A DNA stretch of 64,000 nt from a virus (Duplodnaviria > Heunggongvirae > Uroviricota > Caudoviricetes). Location of the stretch: the IMG/VR virus record IMGVR_UViG_3300029610_000357, positions 52,285 through 116,284 of that record; one strand, 5' to 3'. A model generated the notes under the pieces. It was not told where the DNA came from, searched no databases, and worked only from the letters and a program-made list of their open reading frames with translations. Below are positions 1 to 9,374 of this stretch, piece by piece (position 1 is the first letter of the stretch; every line of letters begins with the position of its first letter). The position numbers and the translations under genes were made by a program.

Positions 1-623
1 TTCTTAGTTTCTTCATCCAAAAAGTTAACAAGCTGAGAGTAGAGTAGAGGCATGTCTTTTTCACTTGGGTATTCATCAAATGGATCATACCCAATGATTT
101 TAATGACATCCTTCCTATTTTGTTCATATGCTTCTTTAAGAGCTTCAGCATCGGTATAAATGGATTCTGTTTTCACCTTCGACACATGAGTCATATCTTT
201 AAAAATATCACTATCACGCCAACGCTTGCCATGATACTGATTCAAACCAAGACTTGTTAGATAAACACCCCATATAGTTTTATTTTCTTTCTTTTTACCT
301 CTTTCTGGAGGCTTGTTTGCACTGAATACAGCAGTTTCCCATAAATCTTCATAGAATGGCTTATCTAAATACTCTAAAGCATCTTGAACGCTTTCTCTTG
401 TCTCTCCAAGAAATTCTCCAGCATCAGTTTTTCTACGAGCAACAGCAGTAGAACAATCTTTACAGATTCTTGTAATACCTGTTAAAACTCTAGGATCTGA
501 ACTACTATAGAATTTTGTCTTTGGAAGATCTTTGTTGCAAAAAGGACAGCGAAATGTTTCTTCTTTTTGTGCTTGTACCTTTTTAGCAGAGGATTGTGTA
601 CGGCGCATTGCAGTTTTCGCCAT
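1..623 (-). CDS. hypothetical Cys-rich (Zn-finger-like) protein; start codon at 621-623, 3' end runs past window start
   Basis: The minus-strand ORF begins MAKTAMRRTQSSAKK and carries CPFC...CKDC cysteine pairs. A GGAG ribosome-binding site precedes the ATG, and the gene is co-directional with the downstream genes. Confidence 0.4.
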   Translation of the reverse strand, partial: MAKTAMRRTQSSAKKVQAQKEETFRCPFCNKDLPKTKFYSSSDPRVLTGITRICKDCSTAVARRKTDAGEFLGETRESVQDALEYLDKPFYEDLWETAVFSANKPPERGKKKENKTIWGVYLTSLGLNQYHGKRWRDSDIFKDMTHVSKVKTESIYTDAEALKEAYEQNRKDVIKIIGYDPFDEYPSEKDMPLLYSQLVNFLDEETK

Positions 624-632
624 ATCTTACTC

Positions 633-1835
633 CTAACTTAAATATATTTTTTCAGAAGCGGTTCTACCCTTACCTTCTTCAAAGATCGTAAAGTAGGCAG
701 CAGAATCGCTTGATTGTAAAATTTTCTCAGCGAATGGATCAACACCCATTACACTTGGAACATTAATAACTTCAGCATGACGACCAACATCAGAGCTTTC
801 TAGATGATGTATGTGACCTGCAACCAAGTAGTCTAACTTTACACCATAGAAGTTCTGAAATTTACCATACGCATCTTTAATGTTCTTTTTATCACCATGA
901 AAAGCCAGAACATTGAAACCACAGATGTTTTCATAGATCAATCCAGTGGGATTCTCAATTACCTCAATGTTCGGGTTATTCTCTAATAATATTTTTAACA
1001 TTGCTCTTACTACGATACCAAGATTTTCATGAGTGAAAGTACCCTTAGGCTGTCCAAGCATTCTCAATTCACTATGGTTGCCATCAGTCATGTGGAATTT
1101 GATTCGTGCGTATTGAGACAATTCATTTAACCAATTTGCAAGAAAATATCCATATCTTACAGAGCTATCAATAACTCCATATCGCAATATGAATAATTGT
1201 CCAACTCTCAGAAGACCATCAATAAAGTCTCCAAGAGAGAAGATGTGTAGCTCTGATAGATTATGTTCATCAATCAGGCCAATTGTGTAGCTTAAAAGTT
1301 TATACATTCGATCTTCAAAGATTTCTGGGTTATATGAATTGATAATCTCACCTGAAAGGCCTTTAATTTCAAATTCAACACCATAGTGTTCATCTCCGAA
1401 GAACAAACAACCAGCTTCTCTATTATGAGTTACCGGCAATAAATCTGGAATTATAAAAGGTTCAAGATCTTTCATTGCCGATCCAATCTTTTCAAAGATC
1501 AGATCATCTCGACCAATCTCACGTTTCCATCTGTTTAATTCAAGTTTTTCTGTTTGAACCTGTGTCTTCAAAAGCTCTAACTCTCTAGTTTTAGCTTTCA
1601 CGGCAATAAGTTCACTGCTCTGAGTCATATCAGAAAATACATTTTCATAATATTTCTGAGCGTTTTGATATTCTTTACGATACTTAGACTCCCCATAGTT
1701 GTAACCAAGTTCTTTATTAAGATGTTTGGCTAATTCTTCCCAACTATTGCCTATAATACCGTTACTCTTCATGTCACACAGTCTCCATATGTACTGTTTT
1801 TCGTTTTCGTTTTCCTGTCTGTTTAAATCTACCAA
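633..1835 (-). CDS. calcineurin-like metallophosphoesterase (SbcD/Mre11-like nuclease or phosphatase)
   Basis: The translation has the ordered motifs GDEHYG, GDFIDG, GNHSE, FHGD and GHIHH, which are typical of the metallophosphoesterase fold. Confidence 0.6.
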   Translation of the reverse strand: MVDLNRQENENEKQYIWRLCDMKSNGIIGNSWEELAKHLNKELGYNYGESKYRKEYQNAQKYYENVFSDMTQSSELIAVKAKTRELELLKTQVQTEKLELNRWKREIGRDDLIFEKIGSAMKDLEPFIIPDLLPVTHNREAGCLFFGDEHYGVEFEIKGLSGEIINSYNPEIFEDRMYKLLSYTIGLIDEHNLSELHIFSLGDFIDGLLRVGQLFILRYGVIDSSVRYGYFLANWLNELSQYARIKFHMTDGNHSELRMLGQPKGTFTHENLGIVVRAMLKILLENNPNIEVIENPTGLIYENICGFNVLAFHGDKKNIKDAYGKFQNFYGVKLDYLVAGHIHHLESSDVGRHAEVINVPSVMGVDPFAEKILQSSDSAAYFTIFEEGKGRTASEKIYLS

Positions 1836-1841
1836 TGTGTC

Positions 1842-2252
1842 TTAACCCTCCCAATCTTCGTTTACCAGTTCCTTAAATCTATCAGTGAATTTACCATATG
1901 GTTGTAGTTTTGCAGGAACTGTAATAGGTTCTCTGTTCCTTGGATCAACCAATTCCTTTTCAGGAATATACCGAGATCCCAGTACAATACCAGAAGCGAG
2001 AGAAATCTCAGTGTCTTCAGCATCATTAGTTTCTTTCATAATCTTCATAACACAATCAGGAATAGCATCTAACACGATTTTACAATCACCCTTAGTGAAA
2101 CCTGTTGCATCAGAGACCATTGAAACAAGATCACGTTGTTTGTGTTTAAAATAATCTCTTTTTTTCTTTTTCAATTTTCCAGCACCATCCTTTTTATCAT
2201 TTCTCCGAGTTACAGTCCGTGCTTGCTGCTCATAATGAGTCAGCGTACACAT
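1842..2252 (-). CDS. HU/IHF-family DNA-binding protein with basic N-terminal extension (start uncertain)
   Basis: The C-terminal half (RNREPITVPAKLQPYGKFTDRFKEL) matches the HU arm pattern RNPxTGE...IPA...FKxGKxL. The listed start abuts tRNA-Thr and has no Shine-Dalgarno sequence. Confidence 0.45.
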   Translation of the reverse strand: MCTLTHYEQQARTVTRRNDKKDGAGKLKKKKRDYFKHKQRDLVSMVSDATGFTKGDCKIVLDAIPDCVMKIMKETNDAEDTEISLASGIVLGSRYIPEKELVDPRNREPITVPAKLQPYGKFTDRFKELVNEDWEG

Positions 2253-2258
2253 TTGGAC

Positions 2259-2333
<75 letters not shown>

Positions 2334-2519
2334 GCACAAAAAGAGTACATTGTAACTACCAACAATGTACTCAAACTTAGAAAAGAGGTATAAATTATGA
2401 TTCCTACAAGAAATCTTAATAGCTTTGTAAATCTTTCTGAGGTATGAAACAACAGTAGAAAAGCGCAATAATCAAAACTTCACAAGAAAGGAGATAATAT
2501 GATTCCTCAGAAAGATTAA

Positions 2520-2591
2520 CAGGGATAACTGGATTTGAACCAGTGAATACAGCAGTCAAAGTGCTGTGCCTTACCGCTTGGCGATATCCCT
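2520..2591 (-). tRNA. tRNA-Gln (anticodon UUG)
   Basis: The acceptor AGGGATA/TATCCCT is perfect. The anticodon stem is CAGCA/TGCTG with loop CTTTGAC, and the T-arm is ACTGG-TTCAAAT-CCAGT. Confidence 0.8.
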
Positions 2592-3204
2592 ATATGTATT
2601 TTAATTTTAAAGCAGGTCTTCACCTTACAGTCATTTGTGGAATAGTTTGTTCTGCAACATAGTAGATAAGTCTGAGCTTCGAGGAGCGACCTCTAACTTC
2701 TTACCTAAGTCTAAAAGACCAGTTCTATGACATGATCAATACATGCAATGTCAACCCACCATTCAGAATTAAGTTTTATTGTTATATACTCTATTAGCAT
2801 ATATATTCATTTTGAATTTGAACTTGCCCTTAACTGACTTGAGCGACATACCAGCGACTTTTCTTATACACTGTCTTTTGAACAGCTTCACATCAAACTA
2901 CATTATTTGGCTTTTCCACCTTTTACGTACCTGCCAGAGTACGCATTGAAGTGGATTATTCTCCACAGGAGCGTCTATTGTTGTAGCGAAAAGTTCTGTG
3001 CGTTAACCAGACCAAAATGCTGCACAATATCCATTTGCTTGAGAGTTTCTCTCTTGTCCATATCAGATCACTCCGACATAAAAAGAGACACAAAGAACGT
3101 ATCCGTACAATGTATCTCTCCAATTCGACATATGTGCCTAGAATATCTCTCGGACTCATGGCATTGAGTTTTATAACCGAGTTGCTTATGTTTTAAAATA
3201 CAAA

Positions 3205-3276
3205 CACCCTAAGCTGGATTTGAACCAGCACGAACGGTTTTGGAGACCGTCATTCTACCAACTAAATTATTAGGGC
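3205..3276 (-). tRNA. tRNA-Trp (anticodon CCA)
   Basis: The acceptor is GCCCTAA/TTAGGGT with a G1-U72 pair. The anticodon stem is ACGGT/ACCGT with loop CTCCAAA, and the T-arm is GCTGG-TTCAAAT-CCAGC. Confidence 0.7.
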
Positions 3277-3283
3277 GATATTA

Positions 3284-3357
3284 CTGACATGACAGGACTC
3301 GAACCTGCAACACCAACGTCCGTAGCGTTGTGCTCTGTCCAGTTGAGCTACATGTCA
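3284..3357 (-). tRNA. tRNA-Arg (anticodon ACG)
   Basis: The acceptor is TGACATG/CATGTCA. The D-arm reads GCTC-AACTGGACA-GAGC, the anticodon stem is CAACG/CGTTG with loop CTACGGA, and the T-arm is GCAGG-TTCGAGT-CCTGT. Confidence 0.75.
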
Positions 3358-3571
3358 ATAACGAATATGTATTTACCTCTCATACGTACACACTGGCGAG
3401 ACAATACATATTTCTAAAAAGCAACAGTGTGTAAGTATTGCTTTTCTAGGGCGAACTGAAGTGATGAACTCCATCAGAATATCAGAAGAGGTATACATTC
3501 CAATATCCACCAACCATCAGGGTGTTCGCATATTTTTTGGTTAATCTATCGTATAGTTACTAACCTAATCA

Positions 3572-3655
3572 TCCCTGTTGAGGGAATCGAACCCACTCGT
3601 GACCGAAGCCGCAAAATTTACAGTTTTGCCTGTCTCCTTAGCAGTATAAACAGGG
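3572..3655 (-). tRNA. tRNA-Tyr (anticodon GUA), long variable arm
   Basis: The anticodon stem is CAAAA/TTTTG with loop CTGTAAA, and the T-arm is GTGGG-TTCGATT-CCCTC. The acceptor is CCCTGTT/AACAGGG. The D-arm pairing is irregular, so the exact ends are approximate. Confidence 0.55.
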
Positions 3656-3694
3656 ATATTAGCCCACAAGTCCGAAGAACATTGTAGGACAAAC

Positions 3695-3769
3695 ATCACA
3701 CCAACGAGAGTCGAACTCGTATTGCATCCGTGAAAGGGATGTGTCCTAAAACCATTTAGACGATGGTGC
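3695..3769 (-). tRNA. tRNA-Glu (anticodon UUC)
   Basis: The layout CGCACCA-TC-GTC-TAAATGGTTTTAG-GAC-A-CATCC-CTTTCAC-GGATG-CAAT-ACGAG-TTCGACT-CTCGT-TGGTGTG-A mirrors a canonical bacterial tRNA-Glu. Confidence 0.85.
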
Positions 3770-3775
3770 GATTTA

Positions 3776-3869
3776 GCGTACGGACTGGGCTACGACCCCA
3801 GGATACACATGTTCGTATGTATACAGGATTAGCAATCCTGCGCATTAAACCAGCTCTGCCACCCGTACA
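3776..3869 (-). tRNA. tRNA-Ser (anticodon GCU), long variable arm
   Basis: The acceptor is GTACGGG/TCCGTAC. The D-stem is a 3-bp GCA/TGC stem, the anticodon stem is CAGGA/TCCTG with loop TTGCTAA, and a 22-nt variable hairpin (TATACAT...ATGTGTAT) precedes the T-arm CTGGG-GTCGTAG-CCCAG. Confidence 0.8.
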
Positions 3870-4201
3870 TAATTTTTTGTAGACCACTTTTAATCAAAGA
3901 TTCACTTCCAAACCACATGAGTCAAATTATCGTTAAGCTTCTACACGTCTTGTCTCTTGTACTTCGAAACAAGCATTCTCCGATTTATGGTTTCTTTTGC
4001 TGTTCAGTAGCTAATCTACTGCAAACAATTGACTCACCAACAACTTCCGCAGAAGCATTGGATCTTCTTTTTGTTGGGCACGCAAGGTGCAATGTTTTGC
4101 CTGTTGTCAGCAGACACTACTACATATGTGTCTATGAGTTGCTGACAATATTTAATGACCTATAGGCGATATTTCTTACGTGTGATAACATTAGCTTTTT
4201 G

Positions 4202-4591
4202 TTATTTTACCACATATACTTTACTGTACTTTTTGCCGAATCTCTTGACCTGTGAGTGAGAAGAGAAGTACATGTCGATATGTTTTCCTCTTACTCCGCC
4301 ACCAACGTCTTCCGCTGTATACAGATGTCCATTGATTCTGACCTTAGTACCTAATTTAATTTTTCTCCTATCAACAGAAATGGTTCTGCCTTGTTTTGCT
4401 CTGCGACCTGAAGCAGTTCGGGTTCCCCAACCACCAGAACATGACCGACAACCGCAGTATGCAGTAATCTTGTATGTTCCCAAACATTTAACTTTTTTAT
4501 TTTTCGCAGAGACAGCAGTAGAAGTAGTGAACCCTCCAACTGCCAATAGCATTGCCATTAACAGTGCGATCATTGAAATTTTCTTTTTCAT
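4202..4591 (-). CDS. secreted 3D-domain protein (MltA/YocH-like cell-wall-binding or lytic domain)
   Basis: There is an N-terminal signal peptide (MKKKISMIALLMAMLLAV). The translation then carries ITAYCGCRSCSG, GRTISVD, KLGTKV and AEDVGGGVRGKHIDMYF, which match the 3D-domain signature. Confidence 0.65.
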   Translation of the reverse strand: MKKKISMIALLMAMLLAVGGFTTSTAVSAKNKKVKCLGTYKITAYCGCRSCSGGWGTRTASGRRAKQGRTISVDRRKIKLGTKVRINGHLYTAEDVGGGVRGKHIDMYFSSHSQVKRFGKKYSKVYVVK

Positions 4592-4798
4592 GTTTATCTC
4601 CTTTGGTTGCTTTTACAAGTTTCCTCTGGAGGTCTATATATGTTATGGACAGTTGCAAGTCTCGGATGTCATCTCTGATTTTTGTTTTTAGCATAGACCT
4701 CGGAACCTACGAAGCGAATATTCTTTGTTGAAACAGCGTAGGCGTGAATCTTTGATCCACTGGCATTTTGAGATTTTATCTGTCCGAATAACCAATTA

Positions 4799-4918
4799 TT
4801 TATTCTTGGAATCTTTTTTGATCTGCTGGCGTTTCTTGAATGGAACTGGTTTCAATCCCCATGCAGTTCTTAAATCTTCCAGTGAGTTGTAATGTTCAGT
4901 TACTGTATTCCTTTTCAT
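4799..4918 (-). CDS. small hypothetical protein (39 aa)
   Basis: A minus-strand ATG is preceded by AAGGAAGG. It lies directly downstream (in minus sense) of repeat module A, which contains a TGgTAAAAT extended -10 element. It is not in the ORF track because it is under 60 aa. Confidence 0.25.
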
Positions 4919-4920
4919 TG

Positions 4921-5015
4921 CTTATATCCTTCCTTTCATATATCACTATTTTACCACCCCTTCAAAACACTAGGTTTTACCTAGGTTTCTGAGGGGTATT
5001 TAATGTGGTAATTCT
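4921..5015 (-). repeat. copy A of a roughly 95-nt repeated module (hairpin + extended -10-like TGGTAAAAT + SD in minus sense)
   Basis: Copy A is about 80% identical to copy B. The two hairpin arms differ by compensatory changes (CCCCT...AGGGG in A, CCCTGAA...TTCAGGG in B). Confidence 0.6.
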
Positions 5016-5108
5016 GCTCACCACTCAAAATTTTACCTTGAAATACACTTTTTAGTATATATAATTAACTCTTATTTCCTTTTCGAAAATCTGATCTTTT
5101 GAGCATTT

Positions 5109-5203
5109 CCTTATCCTTCCTTCCATATATCACTATTTTACCACCCCCTGAAGAACGTAGGCAGAACCTAGCGTTTTCAGGGTCAATTAATGTGGTAATT
5201 CTT
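5109..5203 (-). repeat. copy B of the roughly 95-nt repeated module
   Basis: Copy B shares CATATATCACTATTTTACCACCCC at the 5' end and ATTAATGTGGTAATTCT at the 3' end with copy A, and the central hairpin co-varies. Confidence 0.6.
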
Positions 5204-5213
5204 TTTGCTGGCC

Positions 5214-6068
5214 TTATTTTTTGTCAGAATTATAGTATTTGGTATATCTATTTAACTGCATTTCACTCTTACAAGAAGTACAATACTGTCTAAGCCGTCC
5301 TTTACGATGCTTTTTCTTTTTTGAGATGTCTCTAAAAGGTTCTCCACAACAGGAGCATACAGAAATCTCAGGATATCCAATAAAGTGAAGGTATCTGTTC
5401 CCAAGATTCTTGAAGTCTGTAATCTCAAGAGCAACATCTCCTGAATCGACAAGAATATCTACAGAGAAGTTTAAGCTATTAACTTTCTTGCTCATTGTTA
5501 TACAATCGCTTCTGAACAGCCTGCCGATTATTTGGCATCTACGTTCTCTTGTACCTACTGTATTACCCAATGAGAATAAATATTTGTAGTCTGTATTCAC
5601 CCAATTATTGTTTTGAGGATTCAGAGCATTATAATACTTGGCCAAGCAAAGAGCAGTGAAGAGAATCTTTTGATCTCTAAGATTCTCTAACCCATTTATG
5701 GTTTCCATTTCAGACTCATAGATCGGCAGTGAATCAATTTCCACAAGAGGATACTTTTTAGCTTTGTGAATGATCTCATCAATGCATGAATACCATTTAG
5801 CTTCTCTGTAGCTCTCACAGGACTCTTTTAAGAACTCATTGATAGTTTTATATACCTGTGCAGGTTCTAAGCCTTTCTCGTGGATGTAATACTTTGCAAG
5901 CAGGGTAGCAGTATATGGGATACTGCTTTCCAACTCTTTTGTTTCTAAAATTTTTTCTACCAGTGTTTTTTCATTCAGTACGATATTAATAACAATCAGC
6001 CTCCTCAAACATAGATGATTCAATTTGTTTAATAGTTTCAATGACGAAAGAATCTCCGTCATATTCAA
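5214..6068 (-). CDS. hypothetical protein
   Basis: A 284-aa ORF with Cys pairs (CSCCGEP, CTSC) near the N-terminus. It overlaps the end of the upstream gene, which is consistent with an operon. Confidence 0.45.
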   Translation of the reverse strand: MNMTEILSSLKLLNKLNHLCLRRLIVINIVLNEKTLVEKILETKELESSIPYTATLLAKYYIHEKGLEPAQVYKTINEFLKESCESYREAKWYSCIDEIIHKAKKYPLVEIDSLPIYESEMETINGLENLRDQKILFTALCLAKYYNALNPQNNNWVNTDYKYLFSLGNTVGTRERRCQIIGRLFRSDCITMSKKVNSLNFSVDILVDSGDVALEITDFKNLGNRYLHFIGYPEISVCSCCGEPFRDISKKKKHRKGRLRQYCTSCKSEMQLNRYTKYYNSDKK

Positions 6069-7128
6069 AATCTCCTGATTCAGCTCTTACAGGATAAGAG
6101 ATCTGGTGATAGTTTCTCTCTAAGAGTCTTTGGACAAGGATGTCTCCAAACATGTCCCATACAAACTGCTTACTCTTGCCATTGGTATAGCAGAGGTCAA
6201 GAAGAATGTCACAAGCTTTCTCAGGATCAGGAACAGCAGTGGCAACAGCTTCTCTGAACAACATGACTCGGTTATTGATGATGTCTGTTACATTTAGTCC
6301 AAAGACACCCCGGCCATTGATTAGAGCATTCAGGGTTTTCATTTTCTTTGAATACTCGCTGTATAACTTCTTAAGAGCATAATAATCATTCTTGTTGTAC
6401 TCATGATCTCTTTTGAGAATGGAGTAATCAAAATCTGTTTGTGTATTCAACTTCTTTAAGTAGCCATCAAACTCATCCTCAAAGAGCTTACAGATTCGAT
6501 TCATTACACAAGGCCCTGTACCTACAGGTAAGAACTTATAGTAGTGATCTAAGAATTCTGCTTCATCCTCTGTGATAGGTTCTGTATCAGCTTTCTTGAG
6601 CAATTCATCAATCGTGCATCCAAACCAGATAATACATTTATCGTTTGAAGCTTTCACATAATTTGTGTAATCCTTTCTCAGGTGAGAGTAAATGTAGATC
6701 ATGAAGTATGGTTTCTTGTCAGCTACGATTCTCTGATTGAATTCTTTTCGCTTACGATCCTTTGATGAGTCTTCAGGATGGATGTTGTTGTCTTTTCTGT
6801 TATACCAGTAAGATGGGATAGGTTTACACACAATGCCCTTCAATTTGTCAATCGAATTTTGTTGGTATAGCTGACCGCAAATGATTCTGTAATCCAGTTC
6901 TTTAAACTCATCACTGTCAGGAGAGTAATGAGACTGTACTTCAAACTGAGAAGTGATGATGTTTGTTGTGAAGCCAATTTCGTCTCCAAAGGCATCCTTG
7001 TAAGCTTTTAAAATGTCTTTTCGTTTAGGGACAATCTTGTTAGCTTTGCGTTGAGCACAAATGATTGATGGAAGAGGACGATTGTTTTCAACAAGTATTC
7101 TATTGTTAGTTGTGAAGAAGAGGTCTCC
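5986..7128 (-). CDS. exon 2 of an intron-split large protein; the junction rebuilds a DFDGD motif (possible YonO/beta-prime-like RNA polymerase)
   Basis: The frame stays open upstream of the listed Met, back to 7128. Exon 2 begins GDLFFTTNN directly after the intron's terminal G. Confidence 0.5.
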   Translation of the reverse strand, partial: GDLFFTTNNRILVENNRPLPSIICAQRKANKIVPKRKDILKAYKDAFGDEIGFTTNIITSQFEVQSHYSPDSDEFKELDYRIICGQLYQQNSIDKLKGIVCKPIPSYWYNRKDNNIHPEDSSKDRKRKEFNQRIVADKKPYFMIYIYSHLRKDYTNYVKASNDKCIIWFGCTIDELLKKADTEPITEDEAEFLDHYYKFLPVGTGPCVMNRICKLFEDEFDGYLKKLNTQTDFDYSILKRDHEYNKNDYYALKKLYSEYSKKMKTLNALINGRGVFGLNVTDIINNRVMLFREAVATAVPDPEKACDILLDLCYTNGKSKQFVWDMFGDILVQRLLERNYHQISYPVRAESGDFEYDGDSFVIETIKQIESSMFEEADCY

Positions 7129-7464
7129 CGATGTACCCTCGGTTTCCCGATATTTATGGAGAAAGGGGACTAGACTATATCATTACACAGCATAGGTCTT
7201 ACACTGTGATGCTCGGCACTTCCCTTGGGGAGTTTCACCCTTTTGGTACTCTACTTGCTACCGATACCGTATTCCTCGAATATCAGTGCTTTGGATAGTC
7301 GTTTGACTTTCAATTTCTGCTTAGCACAGGATTACCACCGGCATTACCCGCTGAGGCTCCCCTGTTAGCATATGCGTTAACTTCCATTTCCTGAAGCTAC
7401 TGTACGTCACATATACACCTTACATTTGTAAGTTCACCGAGTTTTACTTCGACCAAGTAAACTA
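7129..7464 (-). ncRNA. group I self-splicing intron (336 nt, no ORF)
   Basis: P1 pairs the exon end CTTCGAT with the internal guide GTCGAAG 11 nt into the intron. P7-like elements are present (AACGACTAT and GATATAGTCTAGTCC). The 3' end, AAATATC + 16 nt + ATCG, is shared with the dnaE intron. GC content is raised and all three frames carry stops. Confidence 0.7.
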
Positions 7465-9114
7465 ATCGAAGTCGCAACCGTTAAGTGATTCACATGTATT
7501 ATCCCAATCATTGATCACACAAATGGATGGGAGATACTGGAACCAGTATGAAAGCTGCTCATTGTTCTTCACTTTAAGATTGACGATGTTATAATGGCTT
7601 GTCATTGGAGCTCTGAAGCAAGCTACTTCATCAACCTGTCTATCGATCCAATGCTTGTGATACATTTCTCCTGCTTTAAGCAATCCTGTAACTTCAAGTC
7701 CAAACATGGATTGCATGAGAGCATATGGATCACCAGCAACGATTGAATAATTACCTTTCACTTTGATGCGTCCGATCTTAGCATCTTGGATTCGTTTCTT
7801 GATGAGAGAATGAATCTTAGATCGAATGAAAGGATCTTTGATCATCTCAGGTTCAGCTATGAGTGCCTGAATGTATGTAAAAGCATCTGACTGTAAGATG
7901 TTCTTCTCAGTCATATTCTTACCTCGCAGGAAGAGCAGAGTCTTTCTGTAATCCATCCCAAGAATGTCTTTGATCTCTTTTATGGTTGGCTCACAAAGCT
8001 CTCTTATTTGGTCGTCTGTAAGATAATAGCTCTGTAAGAACTGATAGTTAAGATTCCTTTCAGTATCACATTCTTGTTCGGCTGTTTTGGCAAGAGCAAA
8101 GTGATAATCATACTTCTCAATGTTCTCTAAGTAGTCTTCCATAGAGTCATATGCATCCCATAGCTTAAACATAGATGTTGTAAGTATCACCTGAGCGTCT
8201 CTAACGTCCCTAGGATGGCCCCAAGCATCAATAATGGTATAAGTCTTAGCTACGTCCTCTGCAAAGGCTCTAAAGTCCATACAGTGAAGCATACCTTTAC
8301 AGAATGGCCATCCTCTCATGTTGCCAGATGGAAGAGGAGTATCATAATCTCCATTCAGTTCACCATTCCATTGTCTTGCAAGTTCTGGAAGAACTAATCC
8401 TTCTCCATCAGACCCATTGTGTACAAACTCTTGATCATCAAGAAGAGTTACTTCTGGTTCATCTGAGTTTGTATCATCCACATAAAGAGCTTGTCCCTTA
8501 AAGATCGTCTCACAGTCTTGTACAACAATCACTCCTGATGGTGGAGTAACAACTGTAGAAGAAGAGCAGAAGAGTGCTTTGTACGCTCCGAGCTTGTTTG
8601 GTATGATCGGAACTTCTTTATTCCTCCCGGCATCTACTTTCTCACAGAGAGCATCGTATACATTGTCACTGACAAAGATTACAACACTGTTCTTTAAGCC
8701 TCCTGTGGTTCCTAAGAAGAGATTGTAGTGGAGATCATTTACAATGAATCCATGCTTGCTGCAGTAGTCATAATCTTTCTTTGTGTCGAAGACCACTGTG
8801 AGGTAGTCTGTTTGGAATCGACATTTGTACAGATCATTGTAGAGTAGTGAGATAAGTTCTTTGCTTCCTCTGTTGGCTGAAAGCTCTTTGATCTTCTTTC
8901 GGATTCTTTTTGCTCTTATGTCTGAATCATAGTCATGGATCAATGAGTCAATTGTTCTTAATGCTTCAGAACTTGAAAGAGTAATAATGTCGTCTCCATT
9001 CTCCCTCGCTTCATTGAGTGGTAGAGAAAGTTTCCACTTCGCCTTTCTTAATCGGCTGCTGTGTAGTTTGTAAATATATTTCTGACTCGTTTTTTGCTTA
9101 GAAATAATGATCAC
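7465..9114 (-). CDS. exon 1 of the intron-split large protein (550 aa); the in-frame stop lies at the first intron nucleotides
   Basis: The ORF ends ...ESLNGCDFD. The TAG that follows the splice site is the start of the intron. The spliced product would read ...NGCDFDGDLFF, about 930 aa in total. Confidence 0.5.
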
Positions 9115-9347
9115 TCCTTTTTTGATTTTTTATGTGTTGAGTGGAGAGAAGTTTTTGTAATTTTTAGCCTCTCCAAAACTTAACCTCTTAGTATAAAAAT
9201 TTCGGCGTCCATAATTTAAGTAATATTCTTAATGTTACTACGTAACATTAAAAATATTATTAAATCATTTAATTTCTTTTTAATGTTAATTACTATTTAA
9301 TATTTAATTAATACATATCCTTATATTTATATACGGTTTTAAAAAAG

Positions 9348-9374
9348 ACACGCTTTTATGCGGGTTTAAGATCC
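9348..9374. repeat. 27-nt motif ACACGCTTTTATGCGGGTTTAAGATCC (copy 1)
   Basis: A near-identical copy sits at 11330-11356, and both follow an A-run. The pair flanks the strand-switch region. Confidence 0.5.

Noticed and set aside
2385-2518. Twin mini-ORFs, both starting ATGATTCCT with good ribosome-binding sites (16 aa and 6 aa), between tRNA-Thr and tRNA-Gln
   Set aside because: They are too short to call, and they lie on the opposite strand to all neighbouring genes. I note them only as a duplicated leader-like sequence.
2907-4165. Plus-strand ORFs 2907-3167 and 3917-4165, and the minus ORF 2956-3159, inside the tRNA island
   Set aside because: They overlap or sit between minus-strand tRNA genes, lack ribosome-binding sites, and have low-complexity translations. 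They are probably non-coding spacers.
4272-4694. ORF track entries overlapping or antisense to the 3D-domain gene (4272-4691 +, 4351-4539 -, 4497-4694 -)
   Set aside because: These are antisense or overlapping shadows of a well-supported gene that has a signal peptide and 3D motifs.
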